A stretch of DNA of 64,000 nucleotides from Pseudomonadota bacterium (GCA_021811945.1 JAKAPE010000001.1:1518-65517); one strand, 5' to 3'. Shown: positions 9,224 to 18,719, numbered from the stretch's first letter. Notes: generated by a model from the letters alone, not told the origin. Numbers and translations are program-made.

Positions 9224-10006
9224 GTGTTCTTGCTGCTCCTCGGCCTTGCCGCTGCGGCTGCGGCACTCACTTTTCCGCCGCTGACCGGCCGCGTGGTCGA
9301 TCAGGCGGGAGTCATGTCGGCGGCAAACCGCGCCGCGGTTGAGACGAAGTTGAAGGCGCTGGAGGAGAAATCCGGCATCCAACTGGTCGTCGCCACGGTG
9401 AAATCGCTGCAGGGTAGCGACATCGAGACCTACGCCAACGAGCTGTTCCGTTTCTGGAAGCTCGGCGAAGCCAAGAAGAACAACGGCGTTCTCTTGCTCG
9501 TGGCCCCGGCCGAGCACAAGGTGCGCATCGAGGTCGGCTACGGGCTCGAGGGCACGCTCACCGACGCGCTGTCGTCGGTGATCATCGCCAGCGCTATCAT
9601 CCCGCGCTTTCGCGCCAATGATTACTCCGGCGGCATCGAGCGCGGCGTCGACGGCATCATCAGCGTGCTCTCAACCGACTCCGGCGAATGGCACCGCAAA
9701 GTCGCTGTCCGCTCCGACAATCGCTCAGCGATCGCCAACGACATGTTTTCCCTTTTGTTTTTCCTGCTGCTGATGTTCGTCATCTGGTACCTGATGCGCC
9801 ACGCCAACGGCCCGTCAGGTCCGCCGTCGGGCCAAGGCGGCCGCCGCGGCGCAGGCGTGCCGCCGCTCTTCATTCCGTACGGCGGCTTCTGGGGCTCGGG
9901 CTGGGGCGGCGGCGGGGTTGGCGGCTTTGGCGGCGGGGGTTTTGGCGGCGGATTTTCCGGCGGCGGCGGCTCTTCGGGCGGCGGCGGAGCCTCGGGAAGC
10001 TGGTGA
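9218..10006 (+). CDS. TPM (YgcG-like) domain membrane protein with Gly-rich C-terminal tail
   Basis: Signal peptide MTVFLLLLGLAAAAAA, TPM core (VVDQAGVMS...IQLVVATVKSL...NGVLLLVA...VRIEVGYGLEG), a TM segment, and a GGGFGGG tail. ATG 9218 lies inside the repeat terminus. Confidence 0.82.
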   Translation: MTVFLLLLGLAAAAAALTFPPLTGRVVDQAGVMSAANRAAVETKLKALEEKSGIQLVVATVKSLQGSDIETYANELFRFWKLGEAKKNNGVLLLVAPAEHKVRIEVGYGLEGTLTDALSSVIIASAIIPRFRANDYSGGIERGVDGIISVLSTDSGEWHRKVAVRSDNRSAIANDMFSLLFFLLLMFVIWYLMRHANGPSGPPSGQGGRRGAGVPPLFIPYGGFWGSGWGGGGVGGFGGGGFGGGFSGGGGSSGGGGASGSW

Positions 10007-10614
10007 TGGCGTTCGGCAACGAAGATCACCAGGCTGTCGCCGCCGCCATCCGCGCCGCGGAAAAGCACACCTGCGGCCAGATCGTCTGCGTGCTGGCGCG
10101 CGCGTCCTCGGACTATGCCCATATCCCGATCCTGTGGGCGAGCGTGCTGGCGCTGCTGGCGCCCTGGCCGCTCATCGCCTTCACGCCATGGAGTGTGCAA
10201 CGGATTTTTCTGGTGCAGCTTGCGGTCTTCCTCGCCGCCGCCCTGCTGTTCGCCCTCACGCCGGCGCACCTCGCGCTCGTTCCGCGCGCCATCAAGCGCA
10301 GGCGAGCGCATCGCGCCGCGCTCGAGCAGTTTTTCGTGCGCCGCGTCGCCCATACCAGGAACCGCAGCGGCGTACTCATCTTCGTGTCGCTGGCGGAGCG
10401 CTATACGCGCATCATCGCCGACGACGGCATCGCCGAAAAAGTTCCTCCCGCGGAGTGGCAGGCAGCCATCGACGCGCTCGTCGACCACATGCGCGCTGGC
10501 CGCATCGCCGCGGGATTTGTCGCCGCCATCGAGCACTGCGGCACCGTCCTCGCCAAGCACGCGCCGCCCGACGGCTCGGTCGACGAACTGCCGAATCGGC
10601 TTTACGTGATGTAG
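10006..10614 (+). CDS. TPM domain-containing membrane protein
   Basis: ATG 10006 overlaps the upstream TGA (TGATG). It has the AAIRAAEKHTCGQIVCVLA motif, two TM segments, and a TPM-like C-terminal half. It is the third gene of the conserved lemA-TPM-TPM operon. Confidence 0.78.
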   Translation: MAFGNEDHQAVAAAIRAAEKHTCGQIVCVLARASSDYAHIPILWASVLALLAPWPLIAFTPWSVQRIFLVQLAVFLAAALLFALTPAHLALVPRAIKRRRAHRAALEQFFVRRVAHTRNRSGVLIFVSLAERYTRIIADDGIAEKVPPAEWQAAIDALVDHMRAGRIAAGFVAAIEHCGTVLAKHAPPDGSVDELPNRLYVM

Positions 10615-10638
10615 CCTCGTTCCCTGCCCCGTCGCGCA

Positions 10639-10682
10639 GCAACCAAGCAACCAAGCAACCAAGCAACCAAGCAACCAAGCAA
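10639..10682. repeat. Tandem octanucleotide repeat (GCAACCAA) x5 plus a partial copy
   Basis: Read directly from 10639-10682. It ends 6 nt before the ald start codon. Confidence 0.9.
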
Positions 10683-10687
10683 ACCCC

Positions 10688-11806
10688 ATGCTCATCGGCG
10701 TGCCCAAGGAGATCAAGGACAACGAATACCGCGTCGGCATCGTGCCTTCGACCGTGCGCGAACTGACCGACAAGGGCCACAAAATCCTGGTCGAAACGGG
10801 TGCGGGATTAGGCGCCGGCCTCGCCGACGCCGATTATCGGGCCGCAGGTGCCGAGATCGTGAACGACGCCGACTCCACCTACGGCAATGCCGAATTGATC
10901 GTGAAGGTGAAAGAACCGCTGGCGGCCGAGCGCAAGATATTGCGCCGGGGCCAGGTGATGTTTGCCTATCTGCATCTGGCGCCCGACCGCGGCCAGACCG
11001 AAGACCTGATCAAGGCCGGTGTCACCGCGATCGCCTACGAGACGGTGACGAGCCCGCACGGCACGCTGCCGCTGCTCACGCCGATGTCGGAAGTCGCCGG
11101 CCGCATGGCGCCGCATGTGGGCGCGCGCTGCCTGGAAAAGGAGAACGGCGGCCGCGGGGTGTTGCTCGCCGGCGTCCCCGGGGTACCGCCGGCAAGTGTT
11201 GTCATCCTTGGCGGCGGCGTCGCCGGAACCAACGCGGCGCTGATCGCCTCCGGCATGGGCGCCGAGGTCGCGGTCATCGACCGCAATCCTGAGGCGCTGC
11301 GCCGCGTCGATGCCGCCTTGGGCGGCCGCGCGCGCACGCTGTTTTCCACGCCAGACGTGATCGAACTGCTCTGCCGGCGCGCCGATCTCGTCATCGCCAC
11401 CGTGCTGGTCCCGGGCGCCACCGCGCCGAAGCTCATTTCCGCACAGACGGTGAAGGCGATGAAGCCGGGCGCGGTCATCGTCGACGTCGCCATTGATCAA
11501 GGCGGCTGCGCCGAAACATCGCGTCCAACCACCCATTCGCATCCGACCTACGTGGTCGACGACGTCGTGCACTACTGCGTGACCAACATGCCCGGCGCGG
11601 TCGCGCGCACCTCGACTTTCGCGTTGAGCAACGTGACCACGTCCTTTGTCCTCGCGCTCGCCGACAAGGGCTGGCGGCGCGCGCTCGCCGAAGACCGGCA
11701 TTTACGCGCTGGGCTCAATGTCCACGACGGGCATATCACCCACCGCGCCGTCGCCGACGCGCTCAAGCTTCCCTACATGCACGCGGAACAGGCGCTGCGG
11801 ATTTGA
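10688..11806 (+). CDS. ald: Alanine dehydrogenase
   Basis: MLIGVPKEIKDNEYRVGIVPS N-terminus and the VILGGGVAGTNAA Rossmann motif. 372 aa. Confidence 0.95.
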   Translation: MLIGVPKEIKDNEYRVGIVPSTVRELTDKGHKILVETGAGLGAGLADADYRAAGAEIVNDADSTYGNAELIVKVKEPLAAERKILRRGQVMFAYLHLAPDRGQTEDLIKAGVTAIAYETVTSPHGTLPLLTPMSEVAGRMAPHVGARCLEKENGGRGVLLAGVPGVPPASVVILGGGVAGTNAALIASGMGAEVAVIDRNPEALRRVDAALGGRARTLFSTPDVIELLCRRADLVIATVLVPGATAPKLISAQTVKAMKPGAVIVDVAIDQGGCAETSRPTTHSHPTYVVDDVVHYCVTNMPGAVARTSTFALSNVTTSFVLALADKGWRRALAEDRHLRAGLNVHDGHITHRAVADALKLPYMHAEQALRI

Positions 11807-11807
11807 C

Positions 11808-12140
11808 CTACGCAGACTTTCGAGCCGCCGCGTCGCGCCTTAGACGGGTCGCGCGGGCGCCGCCTCGCCAACCGGAGACGAGCTTCAGCCAGGGTGCCAA
11901 ATGAAAGGCGCTCTTCAACGCGTACATCAGCGCCATCCCGTTCAACGGCGATGCGTCCTGCATGCTCATGCAGAGCATGTCGGGCTGGCCGCTGAATAAG
12001 CCCGTCCACAGCGCCATGACGGCAAACGTCGGCGCAGCGGCAAGGCCGAGCCAACCGGACGCGCCGGAAGCGGTATGACCGCCTCCGGCAAAGGTCTCGA
12101 CGTCGTGACGCACGATGGAAGACATCGATACGTCAGTCAT
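11808..12140 (-). CDS. Hypothetical small membrane protein
   Basis: ATG 12140 (MTDVSMSS) with two hydrophobic segments (WLGLAAAPTFAVMALWTGLF, MALMYALKSAFHLAPWL). It overlaps the stop of the DUF899 remnant by 8 nt. No family was recognised. Confidence 0.3.
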   Translation of the reverse strand: MTDVSMSSIVRHDVETFAGGGHTASGASGWLGLAAAPTFAVMALWTGLFSGQPDMLCMSMQDASPLNGMALMYALKSAFHLAPWLKLVSGWRGGARATRLRRDAAARKSA

Positions 12141-12340
12141 GGCCGTACTCGTCGTGACGACGCCACCAGATGCCCTGCTCGTTGCGTCCCTTGGGCGCCC
12201 GATCGAGCCACTGATAGGCGCCCCACAGGCCGTCCAGTCCGCGCGCATAGGTCGAATAGGTGTGATAGATGGCACCGTCTTCGAGCGCGAAAGCGCTCAT
12301 GCCCGGCCGGTCGCGCCGGTAGGTCGCAACGTCAGTGCCG
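12133..12340 (-). pseudogene. DUF899 (thioredoxin-like) family, C-terminal remnant only
   Basis: RPGMSAFALEDGAIYHTYSTYARGLDGLWGAYQWLDRAPKGRNE..WWRRHDEY matches only the conserved C-terminal 60-70 aa of the roughly 230-aa DUF899 proteins. The upstream part of the frame is Arg/Ala-rich junk. Confidence 0.55.
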
Positions 12341-12416
12341 CAGGTCGCCGCAAACTGCGCGGCTGCGCGCGAAGCTGCGGACACTCGCGCGCGTGAGCGC
12401 GACGCCGCGCGGATTT

Positions 12417-12704
12417 GTGCTTGCACCGCAGCGCGCCCGCGACATCGTCGTGCTGGCACGGCCGGTCGAGGAAGAGCATGCGGCGGTGCTCGCCTTTCTC
12501 GCCGACGGCGAATTATGGTCGAGTTCCGCCTTGGCGCTGGCGCTCGGCGCCAGCCAGCGCAGCGTGCAGCGCGCGCTCGATGCGCTCACCGCCGCGGGCA
12601 AGGTGCAGTCTTTCGGTCGCGGCCGCGCGCAGCGCTGGCTGACGCCACCCGTGCCGGGATTCACGACGACCTTGTTACTCCCAACGCCGCTGCCGGTTGA
12701 TTAA
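12417..12704 (+). CDS. Possible small winged-helix DNA-binding protein
   Basis: The segment EEHAAVLAFLADGELWSSSALALALGASQRSVQRALDALTAAGKVQSFGRGRAQRW looks like a wHTH. Only a GTG start (12417) is available. It may be a fragment. Confidence 0.3.
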   Translation: MLAPQRARDIVVLARPVEEEHAAVLAFLADGELWSSSALALALGASQRSVQRALDALTAAGKVQSFGRGRAQRWLTPPVPGFTTTLLLPTPLPVD

Positions 12705-12740
12705 GAGTCTATCCATCACGCATAACCGAGGACGGAAACC

Positions 12741-13388
12741 ATGAAACGATCCGCAGCCGAAATCCTTCGCGAGTACGGACCCTTTCCGGGCGCCGATCGG
12801 GTGCATGGTGTTACGTTCGACGGTCAGAACGTCTGGTTCGCCTCCGGCGACAAGCTGATCGCCTTCGATCCCAAGAGCGGCAAAATGCGGCGCTCGATTA
12901 ATGCGGCGGCGCATGCGGGAACCGCCTTTGACGGGGAGCACCTGTTTCAGATCGCCGAGGATCGCATCCAGAAGATCGATCCCACCACCGGCCGAGTGCT
13001 GGCGACAATCCCGACACCCAGCGGCGGCGCCTCGGGGCTCGCCTGGGCCGAGGGCACACTGTGGGTGGGACAACAGCGGCGCCGAAAAATCCATCAAGTC
13101 GATCCCACGACCGGGGAGATCCTTCGCACGATCGAATCGAAGCGCTTCGTCACCGGGGTCACCTGGGTCGATGGCGAGCTTTGGCATGGAACCTGGGAAG
13201 GTGACGAGAGCGACGTGAGACGCATCGATCCTCAGACCGGCGATGTCCTGGAAAGCCTTGAGATGCCGCCCGGCCTGGGCGTATCGGGGCTCGAGTCCGA
13301 TGGCGGCGATCAGTTCTTCTGCGGCGGCGGAGGCAGCGGAAAGGTGAGAGCGATCCGTCGGCCCAGGCGAGGCAGCGGCGGGAAATGA
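12741..13388 (+). CDS. Beta-propeller repeat protein (glutamine cyclotransferase-like)
   Basis: Good RBS (GAGGACGGAAACC-ATG). Repeated blocks of the form hG.hW..... I..IDP.TG.V; 215 aa. Confidence 0.65.
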   Translation: MKRSAAEILREYGPFPGADRVHGVTFDGQNVWFASGDKLIAFDPKSGKMRRSINAAAHAGTAFDGEHLFQIAEDRIQKIDPTTGRVLATIPTPSGGASGLAWAEGTLWVGQQRRRKIHQVDPTTGEILRTIESKRFVTGVTWVDGELWHGTWEGDESDVRRIDPQTGDVLESLEMPPGLGVSGLESDGGDQFFCGGGGSGKVRAIRRPRRGSGGK

Positions 13389-13673
13389 ACGACACGCAGT
13401 TCGCCGAGATTGCCGCGTGGATCGGCGTAGCTCTGCACGGTGGTTTTGACTGGTTGAACCTGCGATCAGATTAGCTCGGGCAGCTGTTTGGGATCAACGA
13501 GAGCGGAGCGTATTGCGCCGATTGGTGGTGATTTCGCGGATTGCGCTGCGTTAACCTAACCGGCGTGACGATTCACATGTCAATCTCGTTCTCACAGAAC
13601 CTCGCCTCATTTTGTCCGAGGCGCCAAGTCAAGCCAACTGGAAACCGCTTCAGCCGACTGGAGGAAACGCGAC

Positions 13674-13830
13674 ATGACGATCTCATCCCTGCCCCTTTAT
13701 GCCGGCGACCGCCCACCCGGGGATTATGACCGGCCGCCGGAGCATGCGCAGATGATACGGGAGACCGACGTCGCGGTGCCGATGCGCGACGGCGTGAAGC
13801 TTGCGGTCGACGTCTATCGCCGGCAGGCGC
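13674..13830 (+). pseudogene. CocE/NonD (X-Pro dipeptidyl-peptidase S15) family hydrolase, N-terminal fragment
   Basis: ETDVAVPMRDGVKLAVDVYR is the typical N-terminal motif of roughly 550-650-aa CocE/NonD hydrolases. The frame degenerates after about 50 codons, where it abuts the 3' end of the DUF488 gene. Confidence 0.4.
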
Positions 13831-13836
13831 CCGCGA

Positions 13837-14373
13837 TTAAGGGCTGCGGGGGTAGATCAATACTCCAGAGCGCTGCAATCGCGCCGAACTCGTCATTCGC
13901 GCCGCCTCGACGTGTCTCGCACCAAGGATATGAAACACGGTATCGCCCGAGGCGATGAGATAATCGGCGATGATGCGCCGATGGCAGCGCCACCATAAAG
14001 TCTCCGCACACATGATGGCGCAGCACCGGTCGCGGCCCAGCTCCCTCAGGTGTGCCGAGCCGTCGCGAAAGCTCTGATCCATCGCGTAATCGGCGTAGTT
14101 GTGAAAGCTGTCGTTCTGCCAGAACGCGTTCAGGCTCGACTCCACATCGCGCCTTCTTCCGCGCAGGCCGCCCAGAGCCGCAATGTGTTCATAGCCGATG
14201 CGGGCTTGTTCGAGCGCGTGTGGCAGCACATCGCGGTTGTATTGCGGGTTGGTCCGCGAGCGCGGGACGGTGCGGACATCCGCGACCAGCGTCACGCCGA
14301 CGCTCCGGAGCAATTCTATGAATTCGTCCAGAGGGCGCGTGCCATGACCAATGGTGTAGAACGGGTAGGCCAT
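13837..14373 (-). CDS. DUF488 domain-containing protein
   Basis: FYTIGHGTRPLDEFIELL...VADVRTVPRSR...CAIMCAETLWWRCHRRIIADYL matches the DUF488 pattern. ATG at 14373. Confidence 0.85.
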   Translation of the reverse strand: MAYPFYTIGHGTRPLDEFIELLRSVGVTLVADVRTVPRSRTNPQYNRDVLPHALEQARIGYEHIAALGGLRGRRRDVESSLNAFWQNDSFHNYADYAMDQSFRDGSAHLRELGRDRCCAIMCAETLWWRCHRRIIADYLIASGDTVFHILGARHVEAARMTSSARLQRSGVLIYPRSP

Positions 14374-14590
14374 CCGGCGACCATGATACCGTCTTGCTTT
14401 AAGGAACGCAGGCCGCCTATGCGGCTTCTTGCATAACGAGAAAATACAAACCGACTCAATCACACTCGACGGTGAGGGCGGCTGGTATAAGCGGTGTAAC
14501 TTCTTGCGCGGACGACCCCACCACCCATTTTCGGCCGGTTGAGACGGTTACGGAATCGACCGGCCGCCGCACGAAAAGGATCGACCCCCA

Positions 14591-15490
14591 ATGTCCATTC
14601 GCCCGATCAAGCGCATCGTCACATCGAGGCCCACCATCGAGGGCGCCGGCGTGCACCTGCGCCGTGCTTTTGGCTTCGGCGACACCACCGAGTTCGATCC
14701 GTTCCTCCTGCTCGACGATTTCCGCAGCGACCGGCCGAGCGAATATCTCAACGGCTTCCCCTGGCATCCGCATCGCGGCATCGAAACCATCACTTATGTG
14801 CTCGCCGGCACCGTCGAGCATGGCGACAGCCTGGGCAATCGCGGCAATCTCGGCGCCGGCGACGTGCAATGGATGACCGCCGGGCGCGGCATTCTTCACC
14901 AAGAGATGCCGCAGGGCGACCGGTTGGGCCGCATGCACGGCTTCCAGCTCTGGGCCAACCTGCCCTCGGCGCTGAAGATGACGGCGCCGCGCTACCAGGA
15001 CATTAAGGCCACCGAGATTCCGGAGGTCGTCGACGACGACGGCACCCGCGTACGCGTCGTGTGCGGCGATTTTTGGGGCCAGCACGGCCCGGTCGAAGGC
15101 GTCGCCGCCGACCCGCGTTACCTCGATGTCGCGGTGCCACCCCGCAAGCGCAAGACGCTGAAGGTCGAAGTGGAAAGGCACGCCTTCGCCTATGTGTTCG
15201 AGGGTTCCGGCAGCTTCCGCGCCGCCTCGGAGCCGTTCGGCGTGCTCACCGAGAAGACCGAGGGCGGCGACATTCTGGTCCGCGAGCGGACCGGCAACCG
15301 CTCGCTCGTTCTCTTCGACAGCGGCGACGAGGTCACCGTGGAGGCCGGCGAGGAAGGCATCCGCTTTCTTCTCGTTTCCGGCAAGCCGATCGAAGAGCCG
15401 GTCGCGTGGCACGGGCCCATCGTGATGAACACGCAGGCCGAGCTGCGGCAGGCGTTTTCCGAGCTGCACGCGGGAACGTTCATCAGATAA
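14591..15490 (+). CDS. Pirin family protein
   Basis: GFPWHPHRGIETITYVLAGTVEHGDSLGN (cupin metal site) and a bicupin length of 299 aa. Confidence 0.92.
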   Translation: MSIRPIKRIVTSRPTIEGAGVHLRRAFGFGDTTEFDPFLLLDDFRSDRPSEYLNGFPWHPHRGIETITYVLAGTVEHGDSLGNRGNLGAGDVQWMTAGRGILHQEMPQGDRLGRMHGFQLWANLPSALKMTAPRYQDIKATEIPEVVDDDGTRVRVVCGDFWGQHGPVEGVAADPRYLDVAVPPRKRKTLKVEVERHAFAYVFEGSGSFRAASEPFGVLTEKTEGGDILVRERTGNRSLVLFDSGDEVTVEAGEEGIRFLLVSGKPIEEPVAWHGPIVMNTQAELRQAFSELHAGTFIR

Positions 15491-15758
15491 TGCGCTCGTT
15501 GCGCTGAAATGCGCCCCTCGGAGGACCTCCCGCACGGTAACGGCGCGCAGCGCACGCAGGCTATGGATCAATGGCATGGACGCTTTCATGGACGCTTTCA
15601 TGGGCGATTTCTCGCTCGACCGCCGCCGGGAGGGCGGATTGCTTGCGTTGGACGCGGGCATGCTTACATTGGCAAAGGACGGCCGCGTTGCGCTACCGCG
15701 CGCGTCGCAGCCAAGGTTAGGCATCTGATCGTCGAATTCCAACTCAACTCCCGTTCCC

Positions 15759-16583
15759 ATGACTTATGTGGACGCGACCTTCGCGCCGTTGCGCAAGACC
15801 GGACAGATCAAGATCCACGGTGCGGCCGCCTTCGACGGCATACGCAAAGCTGGCGCGCTGGCGGCCGAGTGCCTCGACATGCTGGCCGCCGAGATCAGAC
15901 CCGGCGTCTCCACCGACCGCATCGACAGGCTGGCCTACGGGTTCGGCATGGACCACAAGGCGCTGCCGGCGACACTCATGTACCGCGGCTACCGCAAGGC
16001 CACCTGCACATCAGTCAATCATGTGGTCTGCCATGGCATTCCGAGCGAGAAACCACTGCGGGAAGGCGATATCGTCAACGTCGACGTGACGCTGATTCTC
16101 GACGGTTGGCACGGCGATTCCAGCCGCATGTACGCGATCGGCGAAATCCCCCGCCGTGCCGAACGGCTGATCGAGGTCACCTACGAGGCGATGATGCGCG
16201 GCATCGCGGCAATCAGGCCCGGCGCCACCACCGGCGACATCGGCCACGCCATCCAGAGCTTTGTCGAAGCCCAGCACATGACGGTGGTGCGCGATTTTTG
16301 CGGCCATGGTGTCGGCCGGCTGTTCCACGATGAGCCGAACATCGTGCACGCGGGCCGGCCGGGCGAAGGCATCGTGCTCAAGCCGGGTATGTTCTTCACC
16401 GTCGAACCAATGATCAATCTGGGTCGCCCGCACGTCAAGGTGCTCTCCGACGGCTGGACGGCGGTGACCCGCGATCGCTCGCTGTCGGCGCAGTTCGAAC
16501 ACTCCGTCGGCGTCACCGAGAGCGGCGTCGAGATTTTTACGCTTTCGCCAAGGGGGTTCACCCGGCCGCCCTATCCGGTGTAA
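15759..16583 (+). CDS. map: Type I methionyl aminopeptidase
   Basis: CHGIPS...GDIVNVDVT...[10 protein letters not shown]...HGVGR..HDEP...FTVEPM metal-ligand pattern. Confidence 0.95.
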   Translation: MTYVDATFAPLRKTGQIKIHGAAAFDGIRKAGALAAECLDMLAAEIRPGVSTDRIDRLAYGFGMDHKALPATLMYRGYRKATCTSVNHVVCHGIPSEKPLREGDIVNVDVTLILDGWHGDSSRMYAIGEIPRRAERLIEVTYEAMMRGIAAIRPGATTGDIGHAIQSFVEAQHMTVVRDFCGHGVGRLFHDEPNIVHAGRPGEGIVLKPGMFFTVEPMINLGRPHVKVLSDGWTAVTRDRSLSAQFEHSVGVTESGVEIFTLSPRGFTRPPYPV

Positions 16584-16645
16584 GGGCGGTCGCGCGCAAA
16601 GCGATTGCAAAATGCCGTAATCCGGGCATCCTTGGCGGGGGTATT

Positions 16646-17296
16646 GTGCCGTCTCTTGGCCGCTTTCAGCGGCGGTGGGATGACGTGCAAAGCCTGGAGT
16701 CGCGTCCAGTCCGAATGGTCGAGAGGAAACGCGATAGCGAGCGCGGCCTCGCCGAGGCCCCGCACTACTATGGTCATCGCGGGCGCCTGCGCGAGCGCTT
16801 TCGCGAAGCCGGCGCCGAGGCCCTGTCCGATTATGAGCTCCTGGAGCTGGTGCTGTTTCGCGCGTTGCCGCGGCGCGACGTAAAGCCGCTCGCCAAGACG
16901 CTGATTGCAACCTTCGGCTCGTTCGCCGAGGTGATCGCGGCGCCCGTGGCGCGGCTCGCGGAGATCAAGGGGCTCGGCGAGGCCGCCATCACCGAATTCA
17001 AACTGGTGCAGGCGGCGGCGAGCCGGCTGGTGCGCGGCGAAGTGAAGAAGCGACCGGTGCTGTCGTCGTGGTCGGCCGTGCTCGATTATTGCCGCACCGC
17101 GCAGGCCTTTGCCGACCGCGAGCAGTTCCGTGTTCTTTTCCTCGACAAGCGCAACCAGCTCATTGCCGACGAACTGCAGCAGGTCGGTACCGTCGACCAC
17201 GCGCCGGTCTATCCGCGCGAGGTGGTCAAGCGGGCGCTGGAGCTTTCCGCGACCGCCTTAATTCTGGTGCACAACCATCCCACTCGACCTTTCTAG
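16646..17296 (+). pseudogene. radC: RadC-family JAB-domain protein, 3'-truncated at the island junction
   Basis: Typical RadC N-terminus ([11 protein letters not shown], HhH region) and the JAB start ...[11 protein letters not shown]. The frame then reads TRPF-stop instead of SGxxxPSxxDxxxT..., so about 40-45 C-terminal residues, including the Ser/Asp of the JAMM motif, are missing. Confidence 0.8.
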
Positions 17297-17474
17297 ATCA
17301 CGTTCGATCACGCTCCTACCCATTGAATCACCTAAATTTTCTGGCTTGTCGTGGACTCGGACGCTATGGCATATTGGGGTCGGTTTTGAGGGGGATCAGT
17401 CGCCCTTTTGACCCCAGTCGCCGACCCCTACTAGCCGTCTGGCGACCCCACCCGAGAGCCGATGGGAGAGCCCA

Positions 17475-18719
17475 GTGCCGAGCCTTACCGATGGAGAAAT
17501 ACGCCGCGCTCTGAAGCAGGTGGAGCAGACGGGGAAGCAGCTAAGCCTCGTCGATGGAGAGGGACACGGCACCGGCCGTCTCGTTCTGGTCATGAAGCCC
17601 ATGCCCACCCGCATCACGGCGGACTGGATGGCGCAGCAGTGGCGCGATCAGAAGCGTCTGAAGAAGAAGCTCGGCTCGTACCCGTCAATGTCACTGAGCA
17701 AGGCGCGGGAGGTTTTCGCCCGCGACTTCGCCGACCTGATCCAGAAGGGCCGCAGCATCAAGATCGCCGGCGACACGCGGCCGGGCACGGTGGCCGACTT
17801 GTTCGAGGCTTACGTCCAATATCTGAAGGACGCGGAAAAGCCTTCGTGGAAGGAGACAGAGAAAGGCCTCAACAAGATCGCTGACGCCCTCGGCCGCAAC
17901 CGACCGGCACGCGAGATCGAGCCCGACGAAATCGTCGAGGTGATCCGGCCGATCTACGAACGCGGCAAGAAGGCGATGGCCGACCACGTCCGAAGCTACA
18001 TCCACGCTGCCTATAGCTGGGGCCTGAAGTCAGAGCACGATTATCGCAGCGCTTCCCAGCGCCGTTTCCGGCTCGTGTACAATCCCGCCGCCGGAATCCC
18101 GACAGAACCGAAGAAGGTCGGCACGCGCTGGCTCGACGAAGACGAGTTCGTTCGGCTCTACCGCTGGCTCGAAAACCCGGACGCACCCGTACATCCGCCC
18201 TATACGAGAGCCGTCCGCATACTCATGCTGACCGGTCAACGCGTGGAGGAGATTGCGCGTCTGCATGTCGACAACTGGGACGCCGAGGAGAAAATCATCG
18301 ACTGGTCGAAAACAAAGAACGGTGCTCCCCACGCGATTCCGGTGCCTCCCATCGCCGCGGAACTGATCGAATCGATCAAGCCGAACGAATACGGTTGGTT
18401 CTTCCCGTCAGCGAAGGATCCCAAGAGACCCGTCAGCCACGGGACGCTCTACAGCTTTATGTGGCGGCAGCGCGATCGCGGCGTCATCCCTGTCGTCACC
18501 AACCGCGATCTCCGCCGGACCTGGAAGACGCTCGCGGGCCAAGCTGGCGTTCCAAAAGAAATTCGCGATCGTATCCAAAACCACGCGTTGCAGGACGTAA
18601 GCTCGAAAAGCTACGACCGCTGGAACTACATGCGCGAGAAGCGAACCGGGATGGCCAAATGGGACAAGTTCGTCCGAGCGATGCTCGCGAAGAAGCGCCC
18701 TCTCAAGCTCGTCGCTTAG
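17475..18719 (+). CDS. int: Tyrosine-type site-specific recombinase/integrase
   Basis: Catalytic-domain pattern LMLTGQRVEEI (Arg I), ...HAIPV..., RDLRRTWKTLA (H-x-x-R region), NHALQDVSSKSYDRWNY (Tyr). GTG start at 17475. Confidence 0.9.
   Translation: MPSLTDGEIRRALKQVEQTGKQLSLVDGEGHGTGRLVLVMKPMPTRITADWMAQQWRDQKRLKKKLGSYPSMSLSKAREVFARDFADLIQKGRSIKIAGDTRPGTVADLFEAYVQYLKDAEKPSWKETEKGLNKIADALGRNRPAREIEPDEIVEVIRPIYERGKKAMADHVRSYIHAAYSWGLKSEHDYRSASQRRFRLVYNPAAGIPTEPKKVGTRWLDEDEFVRLYRWLENPDAPVHPPYTRAVRILMLTGQRVEEIARLHVDNWDAEEKIIDWSKTKNGAPHAIPVPPIAAELIESIKPNEYGWFFPSAKDPKRPVSHGTLYSFMWRQRDRGVIPVVTNRDLRRTWKTLAGQAGVPKEIRDRIQNHALQDVSSKSYDRWNYMREKRTGMAKWDKFVRAMLAKKRPLKLVA

Noticed and set aside
10620-10690. 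Peptide-like repeats LLGCLVAWLLGCLVAW in minus-strand ORFs.
   Set aside because: This is an artefact of translating the GCAACCAA octamer repeat.
17296-17475. Search for a tRNA or tmRNA as the integration target next to the integrase.
   Set aside because: No cloverleaf-compatible sequence (no GTTCRANNC T-loop with a matching acceptor stem) was seen. The truncated radC explains the junction instead.
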